DNA of 64,000 nt from Octopus vulgaris. Lineage: Eukaryota. Made by a program: the position numbers and the translations under genes. Below, piece after piece: positions 1-14,729 of this stretch. The stretch is taken from positions 7,130,001 through 7,194,000 of the forward strand of contig OX597820.1 of the NCBI GenBank assembly GCA_951406725.2, in the 5' to 3' direction. Positions within the stretch are counted from its first letter, which is position 1. Every line of letters starts with the position of its first letter. The notes beneath the pieces were generated by a model that did not search any database, had not been told where the DNA came from, and worked only from the letters and a program-made list of their open reading frames with translations.

Positions 1-1270
1 ATATAATGTGCAGGTATTTGGTTGGTATTTCTCGTAGGCCAAACAAACATACACAGAATCCTTCGTCTGATTTTAATAAATACCAAGCGATGTATGTATA
101 AAGACAAATACGAGTGAGCCAAATATGATATGGAATTAGTTGGAGAAGCTAGCGTGTTTCTGCTTTTGGAAGAAGGTAGAGTATTGATTCTAAGAAGATT
201 TGACTGTTGTTTCTAGCAGGGGAAGCGAAGTTGCACAAGTTCTTCATTGCCAGTGTAAACAGAATTGGACGTTCAGCATACAAATATACATCAAAAGTAG
301 GTTTAGTGTGTTTGCGAAAAACAGAGATATTAGAGCGAAAATGAATCGTCTAAAATCAATATAATGTAGTTGTGGCCAAATATTTCATTACCAAATTAAT
401 TATACATGTACTTTAATCAACTTTCTGGCACAGAAAAGGTAATTGATCACACTTCTGCTTTGAGTGACAAACATATATTTACCTTTAGAACACAGAATAC
501 ACAACGAACATTGCTTGGTCAATATTTTATGACGATCAGAAATGTTGATTTAAGTGCATTTATAATCATTTTTAAAATTAAACTGCCTGGGAGAAACATT
601 TACTTTTCTTTCCATCATAAACATTTTGGTTTTAATATAAGTACTTTACGTCCAAATGTGTCTAGATCTCTTTGAAGGCTTATGGCATTATTTTAAAATG
701 AAGGACACTTTCGATGAGGTATAGATACACTCTATGAAAATATAACCTGGAGAAACTCGCGGGTTCCTTAATTTTTATTTTTGGGGCTTAGTCATCAGAA
801 GGTGAGTTCGTATTGTTTTTCAGGTTTCCAGTGAGTAATGGAAGAAATAAAATTCACATTGCTGACTTTGCAGGAAAACTAGCAAGAGTAAGAACTGCAC
901 TGAGGGCATCCAACGTTTAGCTGATGGTGTTCAAACTAAACAGGGAAAAACATATAAAGGCTAAGAAGCGTGTAATTAGGGCATTCCACTTTATGGGCGC
1001 TCGATCATGTCTGACATGTGACTAAACAACAACACGAACAAGATGCTTTACATTACAGTGACAGCCTCAAAACTTTACGTTATCTGAACCATGAGACAAG
1101 TGTAACATATTCTTCAAAAAGGGTAAGAGTTTTATTAAACATACACAAAGAAACTCTTATTTTTGCTGTGGTATATAGTATGGATGTGTAATATATACAC
1201 TACATCACGTGGTCTAGAAAAAAGTTTATTGCTTATATCTTCAAAAAAAAAAAATTATACACGCATAATC

Positions 1271-1302
<32 letters not shown>

Positions 1303-1329
1303 ATAAGCATATACAAACATGTGTGCGTG

Positions 1330-1390
<61 letters not shown>

Positions 1391-1551
1391 AAAACGTCAC
1401 CAACGGTGCAAGCAACATGAAATACGTAAATAAAAAAGGGAAAAACGAGTGAAATACATAAACGAGGAAAAAATGGTAAACAGGACAACATCAGTTGTCA
1501 GCTGTCTATCTATTCCTCATTTCGCACATTCAACGACAAATATTACCCTTC

Positions 1552-1590
<39 letters not shown>

Positions 1591-1591
<1 letters not shown>

Positions 1592-1730
1592 ACGCCATGA
1601 TGGACCGTTAGCTCCTACACGCATTTTTTTCCCTCCTTGTTTCTTTTCTGTGTATCTTTCTGTCGAAGAGCATAGGCTCGAAACGTAAAAGACTTGTTTT
1701 ATTTCTATTCCTGAGCGTCATACTAATACA
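1591..1730 (+). mobile_element. Penelope-like pLTR-derived short element, family A (degenerate hammerhead motif)
   Basis: ctgtcga-a-gagc-atag-gctc-gaaacgt...gagcgtc; homologous to 13828-14070, 26447-26610 and 28904-29105; sits between (CT)n and (TA)n. Confidence 0.65.
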
Positions 1731-1790
1731 TATATACTATATATACTAATACATATATATATACATATATATATATATATATGTAGATAT

Positions 1791-1999
1791 ATTCCAAGAA
1801 AGTTAGGGGCTGTGAATCCAACCAACTAAGGGATAATATCTATTCCAACTGCATTGCAATTACATTACTTAGTGTACTAAATGGGTGAGAGTAAAGAGTT
1901 ATTTTATCATTAATTTATTGAGCAATAAGAAAATGGAGGGGATCAAGAGGTGGTAATCATCTCTGAATACCACTTATTGACCCCCTCCATTTTCTTATT

Positions 2000-2003
<4 letters not shown>
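1791..2003. mobile_element. Short element in microsatellite ending in a ~84-bp hairpin (1920-2003)
   Basis: gagcaataagaaaatggaggggatcaa...ttgaccccctccattttcttattgctc inverted repeat; flanked by (TA)n and (CT)n(TA)n. Confidence 0.55.
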
Positions 2004-2060
<57 letters not shown>

Positions 2061-2062
<2 letters not shown>

Positions 2063-2206
2063 CTGAAGAGATGGTGGTGTTGATTTCTACCTCGGCATCC
2101 GAAACTCAGAGTTTTATCTTGGCTACCGAATAATTGTCACATATTATATTTACAGATAAATTCCTCTATTTACATAATATTGAGGTCTCTTTCTTTCTTT
2201 TGTTAT

Positions 2207-2210
<4 letters not shown>
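2061..2210 (+). mobile_element. Hammerhead-bearing short element, family C (5'-truncated)
   Basis: ataa-CTGAAGA-gatg..catc-c-GAAAC-tcaga-GTT-ttatc followed by a tail shared with 49571-49788 and 51646-51905; (TA)n on both sides. Confidence 0.7.
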
Positions 2211-2252
<42 letters not shown>

Positions 2253-2545
2253 GCATGTGTTTGATTGTTTGTGTGTGTGTGTATGCGTATTTATGTATAT
2301 TTACCTACATAAACACGTAGATATATAAGGTCATGGGTGGGTTGAGAGAGGAGATATTTCCGAGGCAGCATTCAATCCGTGATTTAGCCAATCTAAACTG
2401 TCGTGGATTATAGTTTTAAGGAAAATCGAAATTCTTCGGGAGTAGAAAATCCAGCGTCACAAGAGTAAAACCATTGCATAGGTTTAGCGAAGAGTAGAAT
2501 ATAAACGAAATAAGAAGACAAAGAAAGATTTTATTACATCTTTAA

Positions 2546-2673
2546 TGACAAGTTACAATTGTTTCTGTACCACCTCTGCTTTTAACACTAGCTCAGGCTA
2601 TACTTTCAAGTGAAAATGTACGTAATATTTGTTATTTGAAATAGAATAGTGGGACTTCTTCAGGTATGTATCA
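2546..2673 (-). ncRNA. Degenerate type I hammerhead ribozyme with long stem-II insert
   Basis: Reverse strand: CTGAAGA-agtcccac...gtggtac-a-GAAAC-aatt-GTA; palindromic stem III ACAATTGT; stem I poorly paired. Confidence 0.5.
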
Positions 2674-2904
2674 AATGTACGCTCTTATATTGTGCATCTG
2701 CAAGACTTTATATTTTGCTTATATTATAGGAAGAGACGAAAAGTATAAATGAAGATAAAATTGAAAATAAATAATGAAAACACGGACAGGGCAAATACAA
2801 AATCAGTAACAAGGAAGATAAAAGTATGCTTCTTTATCCTATAACCATACTTCAACGATGAAGAGAGCAATATGACTGAGTAACCCCACCTCACCAAAAA
2901 ATCC

Positions 2905-3095
2905 CGGTTTATCAGACTGCTAAGAATAGCAGACAAATCTTCCTCAAAGCATATCTTGCCATCTTAGAAAAGGATACATTGTAAAAACTATAGGTCCTAG
3001 GTTCCATGCCATGAGAAACATCCGCGAGATGGGCCCTCATGAATACATTTGTTTAAAGGTTTGCTCTATCAATGTTGGCCTCTAATATTAACTCC
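2905..3095 (+). repeat. Old dispersed repeat (ctgctagaaatagcagccaaatc...ggctggaatgcctttgatcatagg family)
   Basis: Diverged similarity to 19330-19560, 36270-36395, 45255-45435 and 46855-47070(-). Confidence 0.5.
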
Positions 3096-3130
3096 ACCAA
3101 TGGCAATGAAACACCACCAGCAAAAATAAT

Positions 3131-3431
3131 AAAGGGTAAATGGTAAAGACTCCCTTCGGTCATGAATGACCATGAGATTGCCTCCAAGACCCAAGGTTGT
3201 TTATGGAAGACCAGTCATCGCCCATGCATACCGGCCTCCCCTCTTCATGCCACCGATGTTATCCAAGGGAATGGAAAACGTTGATACAGCTTCGCACCAG
3301 CGATGTCGCGACTCATTTCAACAGTTGAGTGTCATGCTCAAGAACACAACACACAGCTCAGTCTAGAAATCGAATTCACTGCCTCATGATTGTGATTCCA
3401 AAGCTCTAACCACTCAGCTATGCGTCTTCAC
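3131..3431 (-). mobile_element. Diverged tRNA-head SINE
   Basis: Reverse strand begins gtgaagacgcatagctgagtggttagagc (A box) ... ttcgattt (B box) ... gtgttgtgttcttgagca; related head at 37560-37777. Confidence 0.6.
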
Positions 3432-3625
3432 AACAGCAATAATAATAGCAGTTGGAATAACAACAATGGTATATAAATCTGGGACCCTTTACGTATTAGT
3501 TCAACCTAGCGAATAGCCACCAATGCTTCTTTAGAAGACACTCTAGAATATGGCAAATATTACTACGGAATAGCCATGCCTGGAACGCATTTGATCATAG
3601 AGCTGTCAATATATTTTTTTAAACC

Positions 3626-3840
3626 AAGGCGGCGAGCTGGCAGAATGGTTAGCACGCCGGGCGAAATGCTTAGCTGTATTTCGTTTGCCTTTACATTCTG
3701 AGTTCAAATTCCGCGGAGGTTGACTTTGCCATTCATCCTTTCGGGGTCGATAAATTAAGTACCAGTTGTGTACTGAGGTCGATCTAATCGACTGGCTCCT
3801 CCCCCAAAATTTCGGGCCTTGTGCCTAGAGTAGAAGGGAG
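3626..3840 (+). mobile_element. SINE family S1 (aaggcggcgagctggcagaa head; gcctttcatcctttcggggtcgataaa central domain)
   Basis: Full copy with TSD tatatttttt(t)aaacca at 3610-3625 / 3841-3856. Confidence 0.9.
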
Positions 3841-3864
3841 TATATTTTTTAAACCATCATATTC

Positions 3865-3913
<49 letters not shown>

Positions 3914-4498
3914 ACCAGCTATATCGAAATAAAAATATATTTAAAAAAACTAAATAAATAGTTTAAGTTATTTATTTGTTTTGTTTCTCTTTTTCGTTTG
4001 TTTATATTTGAATACAGAGAAATATACTTTTAGCGCTATTGAAGCACTTAGGAAGAATTTAGAAATATTTTGCGTACAGGCGCTTGCGTGAAAATAAGTT
4101 AGGTATACCATTAATCTATTAGGGTATAACATAGAAGCTGATTGACTTTGAAATGGAGCGAAAATAATAAATGAAATAACTAGCATAAGCAAAAAATAAG
4201 CGAGAATAAGAGAGGGAGGGATGGAGATAGGAGAAGGCGGGGTAGATGGTGAAAGAGGAGGGAGGGGTATAAATAAGGAAAATGTGAAAAGAAAACAAAT
4301 AAATAAGCAATAAAATAGCTACAAACAAAATAAATAAACAAGAGAAATGTATCTGGAGAAAGAGAAAAAAAAAATATATTTGAAACGAACATGGCGGAAT
4401 TGATATGGAAATGAAGACGAATTTGATATCGTTGATATGTTGGACATGTGTGGGTATGTATATGTGTATATACGAGTGTGTGTGTGTGTGTATGTATG

Positions 4499-4615
<117 letters not shown>

Positions 4616-5503
4616 CATATGTATATACACGCATATGTATATGCGCCTATAAGTCTAATGTGTGTGTCTATGTGTATGGAAGCATGTACGCGTAACTGCA
4701 CACACACATAGACACATTATTGAACAAGCAGGATTATTCCCACGAGCGTTCCAGCCGTGGCCATCTCCTGTATTTAGAGGAATATAATATATATTGTATG
4801 ACTGTGTATGTGTATACATATAGAGGTAGACGTGTATACGATTATATGTGTGTGTGTTCATACACAGACACACACATACCTACCTACATATATACATATA
4901 TATATTCATAAATTGACTCGTTCATACAAGGACACATATTTATGCAGATCTACTCACACACACACACATCCAAACACCCTCACGTGTATGTATATATTAA
5001 CAGAGTGAGTAAAAGGAACAGAAAGAATGTGGGAGAGAGAGAATAATGAAAAAGAGCGAGATATAGAGAGAGTGAGCAAAGGTGTATATAAAAATATCTA
5101 TACGTCCACCTGTTATATATATTTTATAGAATGACTATTATTTTCTGTAAATGAAGTTGACATTTGTCTTTGCAGAACGATAGAGTTGAGTGCCACACCG
5201 TTGCTGCTTACCAAATAATACAGGAAATATTAACATATTTCGTCAGATTTTCAACATTTTATTGAAATATTTTGGGGATTTTAGTTTTGAAAACTGAACA
5301 ATATTCAGTTTTTTTTTCTTTATAATATTTCATAAATATTGTGTTTGTATGTTTTGTGTGTGTGTGTGTGTGTGTGATTATATAGTGTATGTGTCATTCT
5401 TTAAAAAATATCATTGCTTTACCTGAAAGTATTCTAGACCCTAAATACATATATGAACGTTGACGTTTTAAAACATTCCACACATAATGTGTGTACGTGT
5501 ACG

Positions 5504-5541
<38 letters not shown>

Positions 5542-5991
5542 ATATATGTATATATATATCGATATATATATGTATATATATATCGATTGATAAATGTACA
5601 CATATATACATACACACACACACACATATATATATAGATATATATATATATATATATATATATGCTTATATGTAAGCGTACACACATATGTATATGTACA
5701 TACATGTAGACTCATAAATATATAAATTTAATCACGAAAAACACGTATACGAACACGCAAACCTATTCATTGAAGCACTTACAAACGTATTCGTCTTAAA
5801 TATAAAAAACATTGTATATAAATATATGTTCATTCATATATACATGCATACACGCACATACACACACACATATATACATGCATACATACATACATGTACA
5901 ACGCATATAAACAAGCATCCAAACATATACATAAATATATATGTGTGTGTGTGTGTATGTATGTATGTATACATTCGCACAAATACACACA

Positions 5992-6103
<112 letters not shown>

Positions 6104-6453
6104 GCTGTAAATGACTGCATTAACACACGAATTTAGACTCGTGTAGATGGCACTAAAAGTACATAACAGAGATTTATGAGAGGTTACAATATTTTTAAGT
6201 CGGCGAAATGGATTAGAATATTTATGCCCAGAGCAACGTTAGAAATATTATTAGTACTTCTCTTTAAAATATGGTGTGCTTTTGTAAAGTACCAAGTGAG
6301 CAATCTCAGAGATTTGCAGATCTAACTAACCCTAGTTAAATACAAAGAAATGAAAATTTATATGCATCAGGAAGGAAGAGAAGATACATCATAGTGTAAC
6401 GATGTGTAATTTTCTCAACATGTTTGAGCGAGTATATTAACATACACACACAC

Positions 6454-6499
<46 letters not shown>

Positions 6500-8209
6500 T
6501 ATATATATACATACATGCATGTGTGTATATACATATATATATATGTAATTATGTATATATAAATAATTACATTTTTATACATAAGTATATGTATACATAC
6601 ATATATATACATATTTATATATATTCATATTCATATATATATATATATATATATATGTGTATGTGTATCTGTATGTATGTGTATACACACACATACACTA
6701 TGAAGTGTACATGTGCAAATAGTTGTATCATACCACGTTGCATATATTTATGTTTGTGTATCTATATAATATGTATATATACATATGTGTGTGTGTGCGC
6801 GCGTGTGTGTGTGTGTAGATATTATACACTTAAGTATGTATTTATATACAAACGAAAATAATTCTAGCAATAATTTGAATGATGACAAAAGTAAACTTGT
6901 AATGAGGGAAAATTAAATTACATAGGAATGTGGTTGTTAATTGCACTAATTAAGCACTTGCTTATTATAATTATAGCTTGTTTCTTCATAGACATATTTC
7001 CTACTGTTTTCCAACCATTTCAAATATTTCGTGTTTATTTCTTGGAGCTAAAAAATAGATATTGCTTAGTTGTCGATGAGTAAAGTCAAAGTGTGGCATC
7101 TTGAAATCACGAACGTTGATCCCGTGTTTTATATTGAACAACAAATAAAGAATTTTGCCATGAGAAAACCATTTTGCTTACTGGAAATTTATGGAAGCGG
7201 AAAATGACGGCGCGAAATGTAAATGGTAGGAAAATATATTAATGACAATGAAAATTCAGAATGCTCAAAGTAAAACCATATTTTACCAAAAATTGAGATC
7301 TTTAAAACATGCGGTCTGAAGAAGTGTTTAATAGCAAAAAACTATTTATGACCACAACGGATTATTAGAAGTTAATATTCTTTTATCCGTATAAGGCAGC
7401 GAATTGGCAGAACCGTTGGCATACCGGACCAAATTCTTAGCGGCATTTCGTATGTCTTTTCGTTCTGTGAGTAGAAATAAGTAGTCACAGACCTGGAATT
7501 TATTCTGAGTAGTCGAGAGATTTTTCTTTACTGTTTTGTCTCATGTACCCCACCTCCAATGCCACCCGCCAATTCTCACGCTTCATTTGTAAATTTGTAA
7601 TGACTCACTAATGATTAAAAAGAGCTTAAGACTTCCAAATGAAGGACAGCTTTAGAAACCAAAAGATCTGAGTGAACACGATACACATATCAATCCATAT
7701 ATTCCAATATTGGTCTTGATTAATACCAGATTTTGGCATCGAAACTTATACGAAACAATATATGATCACGTGGTTAAGAAGTTTCTGGGTCCCCTATATC
7801 AGCCTCTACATCATCTGATTCTCCCGAGTGAAATAGACTGTGCGAAAATTGTGCGGAAACCTGTTTCATATCGCCCCTAACTATTCATCGCCCTTAAACG
7901 TCACCCTGATTTAACATCATCATATCGGCCCTTCAGACGCATTAAAAAGAAGTTCCTTAATTGCAATTACTAAGCGCAAGCATTTGTTTTGAGGTTGAAT
8001 ATCTCGATATAACGATGAGTTGATTCTTGTTATTGGAAACCATGAGGAAGAATTTTTGGAGGACATTATCTCCTGAGAAACCAGCAGAAACCCCTCAAGC
8101 ATGGTGCCCTTCCAACCAGGCCCTTCACATAAAAAATACTTTATACTGCTAAGTATGACTGGGAGAATGGAGGAAGAAATAGGTTTTATTGTAAGACTAT
8201 CAGAGAAAT

Positions 8210-8770
8210 GGTGGAGGTGGTGGCGGCAGTGGTAGTGGAGTTAGTAATGGTGGTGGTGTGGAGTGGTGGGTATTTAATGGTGTTTACAGTAGTAGCAGTT
8301 GTAGCGATAACAGTTTTGGTCATAAATTTGATACAGATAATAGAAGTAGAATGACAGAGGTGATTTCAGGTGCAACGGTAGTGGTGGTGGTGGTGGTGGC
8401 AGTGGTGATGGCGAAGCAATTGGCGTTGCTAGTTATAATGATTATGGCGTCGGTAATGCTAGTGGCGGCGGCGGCGGCGGCGGCGGCGATGGTGGTGGTG
8501 GTGGTGGTGGTGGTAGTGATAGTGGTGATAGTAGTGATGGTGGTGGTGGTGGTGATGGTGGTGGTGGTGGAGGTGGTGATGTAGTGATGGTGGTGGTCTG
8601 TCGTTAGCAGTGTGATGATAATGATGGTCGTGGACAAAGGTCATGTCAGTATTGACAACAGTTATACTGACGCTGGTGGTGGTGGTAGTGGTGATGGTGC
8701 TGGTGGTGGTGGTGGATGGTGGGTATTGTGGTTGTTGTTGTTGCAGCAGCGGTGCTGGTGGTGGTGCTGT
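8210..8770. repeat. (GGT)n/(GGC)n/(GAT)n low-complexity trinucleotide tract
   Basis: Direct reading. Confidence 0.9.
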
Positions 8771-8963
8771 TTGTACTTGTAGCGTCCCATTGTAGAATTC
8801 AAGTGTTTGTAGCTGTGTGTTAAATGTTAAGTATATTTGTAATGGCCACAGGGGTCAATAGAGTAATATCTGAGACATTATGGACGTACACTCTACATAC
8901 ATAGACGCATCTATGTTTCATTGTCAAAGATATCAGATGCTGCTGCTATTACTATTATATTAG

Positions 8964-9008
<45 letters not shown>

Positions 9009-9150
9009 ACACAAGATATTCGAATATTCCACTTTACACACAAAGATACGATACACATATTTCTCAAAACACACACGTATATATATATACACACATATAT
9101 ATATATATATGTATACTTACAAATATACATACATATATATATGCATGCAC

Positions 9151-9181
<31 letters not shown>

Positions 9182-9487
9182 CGTCGGAATGAAATGTTTA
9201 GAATCAGATGAAACAAGAGATAAACATCAGAATGTATATACACATAAATCATGTGGTTTTATATTTCATAATCTACAACAAATGTTCCTTTTCTCAAGTT
9301 GTTTCCGTTTTACTGTTTGCTCCAATGAATCGAAACCGCGTCGACTCGTCAACTATACTTCCACTATCATTGGAATTAGATACTCATATATTAGCACACG
9401 TGCACACATACACACATCAATACAAATATGTATATGTATACATATATCTATACATACATATATCTATCTATATATACATACATATCT

Positions 9488-9712
9488 CTCTTTTACTTGT
9501 GTCAGTCATATGACTGTGGCCATGCTGGAGCACCGCCTTTAGTCGAGCAAATCGACCCCAGAACTTATTCTTTGTAAGCTTAGTACTTATTATATCGGAC
9601 TGTTTTGCCGAACCGCTAAGTTACTGGGACGTAAACACACCAGCATCGGTTGCCAAGCGATGTTGGGGGGACAAACACAGACACACAAACATATATACAC
9701 ACACATAGATAA

Positions 9713-9766
<54 letters not shown>

Positions 9767-9923
9767 GACGGGCTTCTTTCAGTTTCCGTCTACCAGATCC
9801 ACTCTCAAGGCGTTGGTCGGTACGAGGCTATAGTTGAAGAAACTTGCCCAAGGTGCCACGCAGTGGGACTGAACCCAGAACCATGTGGTTCGTAAGCAAG
9901 CTACTTACCACACAGCCACTCCT
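9488..9923 (-). mobile_element. SINE family S2 (aggagtggctgtgtggtaag head; ccttgggcaagt CORE-like segment; internal TA/CA microsatellite)
   Basis: Homologous to 51231-51601, 21880-22216, 13215-13520 and 14730-14890. Confidence 0.85.
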
Positions 9924-9947
9924 ACATATATATATGCAGCCACTCCC

Positions 9948-10323
<376 letters not shown>

Positions 10324-10925
10324 GAGAGAAGAAACTAAGGGTCAAGTTTAATGCATATGTAAATAGCTGATTTCACAATCTTGGCAAACTGTTCCGCACT
10401 AAACAAATTCGTTGCCAAACCTATAGACTTTCACCAAACATATTCCAGTCTTTTAAACCTGTCATTCAGTATATATGGTTCTATGTGAATGCGTGTGTGT
10501 GTATGTGTGTGTCTGTATGTGTGTACACGTGTGTGTGTGTGTGTGTGTGTGAGCATAGCTCTGTAGCCATATGTAAATATGGTTCTCTATGTCTACTCTC
10601 TTCTTTCTGTTAGTGCGTATGTCTGTATATGCGTGGTGTGCGTACGGGTGACTGCAAGTGTTTGTGTGTAAGTGTCTGTATACGTGTGTATGACTGTCTA
10701 TATATGTGCTTCTCTCAGTGTGTGCGTGTATGTGTCTGTATGACTGTGTGCATACGTGCGTAAGCGTTAGTGAAAGTGTGTATGCATCTTCACATCTTCA
10801 CTCTTACGTATCCACATAATCTCATATGAGTTAGTGTGTGTATATGTGCCCCTGTATGCGTATGTGTATCTCTCTGTGAATATATATGTATGTGTATATG
10901 TGAGTACACACACACACACACACAC

Positions 10926-10987
<62 letters not shown>

Positions 10988-11262
10988 GCCTCTTCACGTT
11001 GTGTGTTAGTACGTACGTATGTCTGTGTGTGAATGTATATGTACGTATAAATATGTATACATGTGACTGTGTGTGTGTGTGTATGAGTATGTGTATATAT
11101 ATATATGAGTATATATATATATATATATATATGCATTATCAGGTGTGTATATATGTGTATCAGTCAGACTATGTGTCATCAGGTAGGTGAGTGAATATGT
11201 GTGTATATGTGTGTACGTATGTAATTTTCAGAGTGTATCTGTATGTATAATTACCAATGTGT

Positions 11263-11313
<51 letters not shown>

Positions 11314-12480
11314 CGTTTGTGTTATTTGTTTCATTGGTTTCATTTACTCAATGTTAATATCTGACAAATATATTTTGTTTTGTTTTGCTTTGTTTGTTGA
11401 TTTTTGTCTTTGCTGCAATCTAACCTTCGCTGCCAGTTTGTTTTGTTCTTGTATTTAACGAGAGATAATTATTTCTGATGTGAGCATGTTCCGAGGTAAA
11501 AAGCCGGAGTTGACGTGTTGATGCATTGGCAGCGGCGATTAACGGAATGAATCAGATTAAAATACTCCGAGCAACATTTAAAAACTCTTTAAATATTTCT
11601 CCCTCCCTCCCTCCTCCCTCCCCCCATCCCTCATTACTACAGTTATAGATTTTAAACACTTTGAGATAAAAATGGTAGAAATCGCTCAAACATATTTATT
11701 TGTGTGTATATGCTTGTATTTGTGTGTGTGTGAGGAGACTTGCGTGCGTGGACGTGTGGGTGACTCGAAGAGGATAGGACCACCAAGATGGTAAGATTCT
11801 TTCGGAAGCACCTGAGTACCATATTCATAGACCTGAGTAGGTATAGTCCACGGAAACAGTCATTTCCAAAGTGATATTTTTTAAAGAAATAGCAAACTGA
11901 AAATGTCGTTTGAACGGAGCTGAATATTTTCCCTAAAAGTTTTCAGTGGTTTTAAGACACCCTAAATCAATGAAGTGAACCATCTACGCTAAGAAGCAGC
12001 ATTTTTGTATGGATGGAACTTAAGATACCCCTAATTAGGGGAAGATATATCATGCTCAGTCCTGCCCTCCCTTAAATGGCCAAATGCAAAAATCACCCCA
12101 TATCATTTCATTTATTGGTTTAACAAAATAAGGGGTTTCTATGATATTCTCCAATACTGGTGAGAGGACATGGCGTCTGGCAGCTCGTTAGGGGGTATTG
12201 AGAAGAGCTGCAATGTTATGGGACTTCCGGAACGGGTGGAAGACAATGGAGAGTGCACAGCCATGAGTTGGGAGCTATGATTTAAAGTTATAGGCTGCCA
12301 GCTTTGGTTGACCAGCTCTGGGTAGATAACTCTGGATGGGCACTTATGGATGGACTGTTATATCTAGACTGCTATGGGTGGATAGAAATAGTTAATCTAT
12401 TGGTGGATGGATAGATTGGAAGAAGACAGACAGACAAGCAGATAGATTTACACATATATACACATACAAATAGACATATC

Positions 12481-12537
<57 letters not shown>

Positions 12538-12841
12538 AAAAATAAGGTTGATATTTTGTAATAAGTTTAAGAGCAATAACAGAACATTTACCGAAAATAT
12601 GTCGCTATACTGAAAGTAGAGTGAAATTGATCACGAAGATCAAATAAACTGAGATTTCAGTTAGTTTGAATAAACTGATAGAAGAACCTTCAAACCCCAG
12701 GTAAATTGATCCTCGTAATACATAACACACACACACAAACACACACAGGTATTCATACACGTCATCGTTAAACCATCGCCAAATCTATTAGATATTCATT
12801 TATATTAGTCCTTCCAATTTTGGATGTCCTTCCAAAAGTTC

Positions 12842-12960
12842 TTCACACTGATGAGAATGAAAATGCATAAATTTAATTACTATGATTATAAAACTAATTA
12901 CTATGATTATAATTTTTTTTTTTACATATTTGTAATGTCCTTTGAAACGCGTGTATGTAA
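12842..12960 (+). ncRNA. Degenerate hammerhead-like fold with ~90-nt stem-II insert
   Basis: ttcaca-CTGATGA-gaatgaaaatgca...GAAAC-gcgt-GTA-tgtaa; palindromic ACGCGT in stem III; stem II poorly paired. Confidence 0.4.
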
Positions 12961-13214
12961 TGAATCCAAATTTGTATTAAATCTAATTTTGATGTAACAT
13001 ATTTCTCTCTTCCGTTTTTATGTAATTATTTAAGGTATATTTATACCTATAACGGTTTTTTTCAACATTTATATCAGTATATATTTCGAAAGATTTATTG
13101 ACAAGATATCTATATATTTATTGACGAATGCCTACAAATACAGGAAATGGCGACAGCAATTGGTTCCATCTTTAAGGAGGCCATTATTTTGCGTTAGTGA
13201 AGGGGAGTTACTTC

Positions 13215-13436
13215 ATTTATCTTTTATTTATTCCAGTTTTTGTGTGCGGCCATGCTGAGGCACCGCCTTCAATTTTTGTCGAATCAACCTACCACAGTAC
13301 TTATTTTTTAAGCCTGGTACTTATTCTGCCGGTCTATTTTGACTAACCGCTAGGATACGGGGACGTAAACACCTCAACACCGGTTGTAAAGTGGTGACGG
13401 GGGGGGGGGCAAACACAAGCACAAAGATACACACAA

Positions 13437-13467
<31 letters not shown>

Positions 13468-13520
13468 GATATACATATATATATATATATATATATAATC
13501 TACGACGGGCTTCTTTCAAT
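13215..13520 (-). mobile_element. SINE S2, 3' portion (head replaced by adjacent S3 copy)
   Basis: ggccatgctgaggcaccgcc...acgacgggcttctttca matches S2. Confidence 0.8.
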
Positions 13521-13781
13521 TCTCGGGGAGATTCAGCGTGACACAGAGTGTGACAAGGCTGGCCCTTTCAAATATAGGTACAACAGAAACGGGAATAAAA
13601 AGGGAAAGAAAGTTGTGGTGAAAGAGTACAGCAGAGTTCATTACCATCCCCTGCCGGAGCCTCGTGGAGCTTTAAGTGTTTTCGCTTAATAAACACTCAC
13701 AGTGCCTGGTCTGGGAATCGAAACTGCAATCCTAAGACCGCGAGTCTGCTGCCCTAACTACTGGGCCATTGCGCCTCCACA
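13521..13781 (-). mobile_element. SINE family S3 (gtggaggcgcaatggcccagtggttagggcagcggactcgcggtc tRNA-like head), tail type A, truncated
   Basis: Near-identical to 54285-54546. Confidence 0.88.
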
Positions 13782-13784
13782 CAT

Positions 13785-13821
<37 letters not shown>

Positions 13822-13827
13822 GATAGA

Positions 13828-14070
13828 TCGCCATGTTGATTCGCTAGCGTCTGCACGCATATTTTTTCTCTCCTTCTTTCTGTGTTTTTTCTCTGTGTAT
13901 CTTTCTGTTGAAGAGCGTAGGCTCGAAACGTTAAAGACTTGTTTTATTTATATTTTCTGAGCGCCATACTAATACAATTGTTTCTTTGTATTCCACCTGC
14001 CTTCGTCTTTTGTTTATTTCCGTAAACCTGCCTTCGTCTTTTGTCTATTTTCATAAAGCTTCCCGTTATA
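13828..14070 (+). mobile_element. pLTR-derived short element, family A
   Basis: ctgttga-a-gagc-gtag-gctc-gaaacgtt motif plus acctgccttcgtcttttgt tail (locally duplicated); in (TA)n. Confidence 0.7.
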
Positions 14071-14107
14071 TATATTTATATATATATATATATATAAAAC
14101 CTTAACT

Positions 14108-14303
14108 ATTCTAGCCACAAGGCCCGAAATTTTTGGGGCTAGTCGATTATATCGACCCAGTACGCAACTGGTACTTAATTTATCAACCCCGAAAGGATGA
14201 ATAGCGAAATCGACCTCGGCGGAATTTGAATACCGAACGTAAAGACGAACGAAATACCTCCATGCATTTTGCCCGGCGTGTTAACGAACCTGCCCGCTCG
14301 CCG
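14108..14303 (-). mobile_element. SINE S1
   Basis: Reverse complement of the S1 body. Confidence 0.85.
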
Positions 14304-14375
14304 GGAGGACAGATTTTCGTAGTCGCACTTATATAAACTTTTCAAATTTCTAAATTATTTTAATCGACTTTATTG

Positions 14376-14461
14376 TACCACTGATGAGAGAAATGCAAAT
14401 ATTTGTATCGGCTGGAAAATTCGCTCAATAGAAATGCATTCTCCGAAAAGATCGTAAGGTA
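14376..14461 (+). ncRNA. Type I hammerhead ribozyme, slightly decayed
   Basis: tacca-CTGATGA-gagaaatgca...tgcattctc-c-GAAA-a-gatc-GTA-aggta; stem II 9 bp; stem III one substitution from palindrome ACGATCGT. Confidence 0.6.
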
Positions 14462-14681
14462 TTTTTACTTCTGCTTTTCTTTGGATTGTAATAATGGAGC
14501 ACTTGAAATCTAACATCCCGATGAATTTTTTATACACTTTGTATTCCCACGATAAAGGAATTTGACCTACGAAAATCTGTCATCCACTTTGATTTTTGTT
14601 ATAATTTGCTCACATGGAGCACTAATTAAGTGCGCTGCAGCAAAGGTCTTCCTTTTTTTGTTTTCTTCTTATTATTATTAT

Positions 14682-14728
<47 letters not shown>

Positions 14729-14729
14729 C

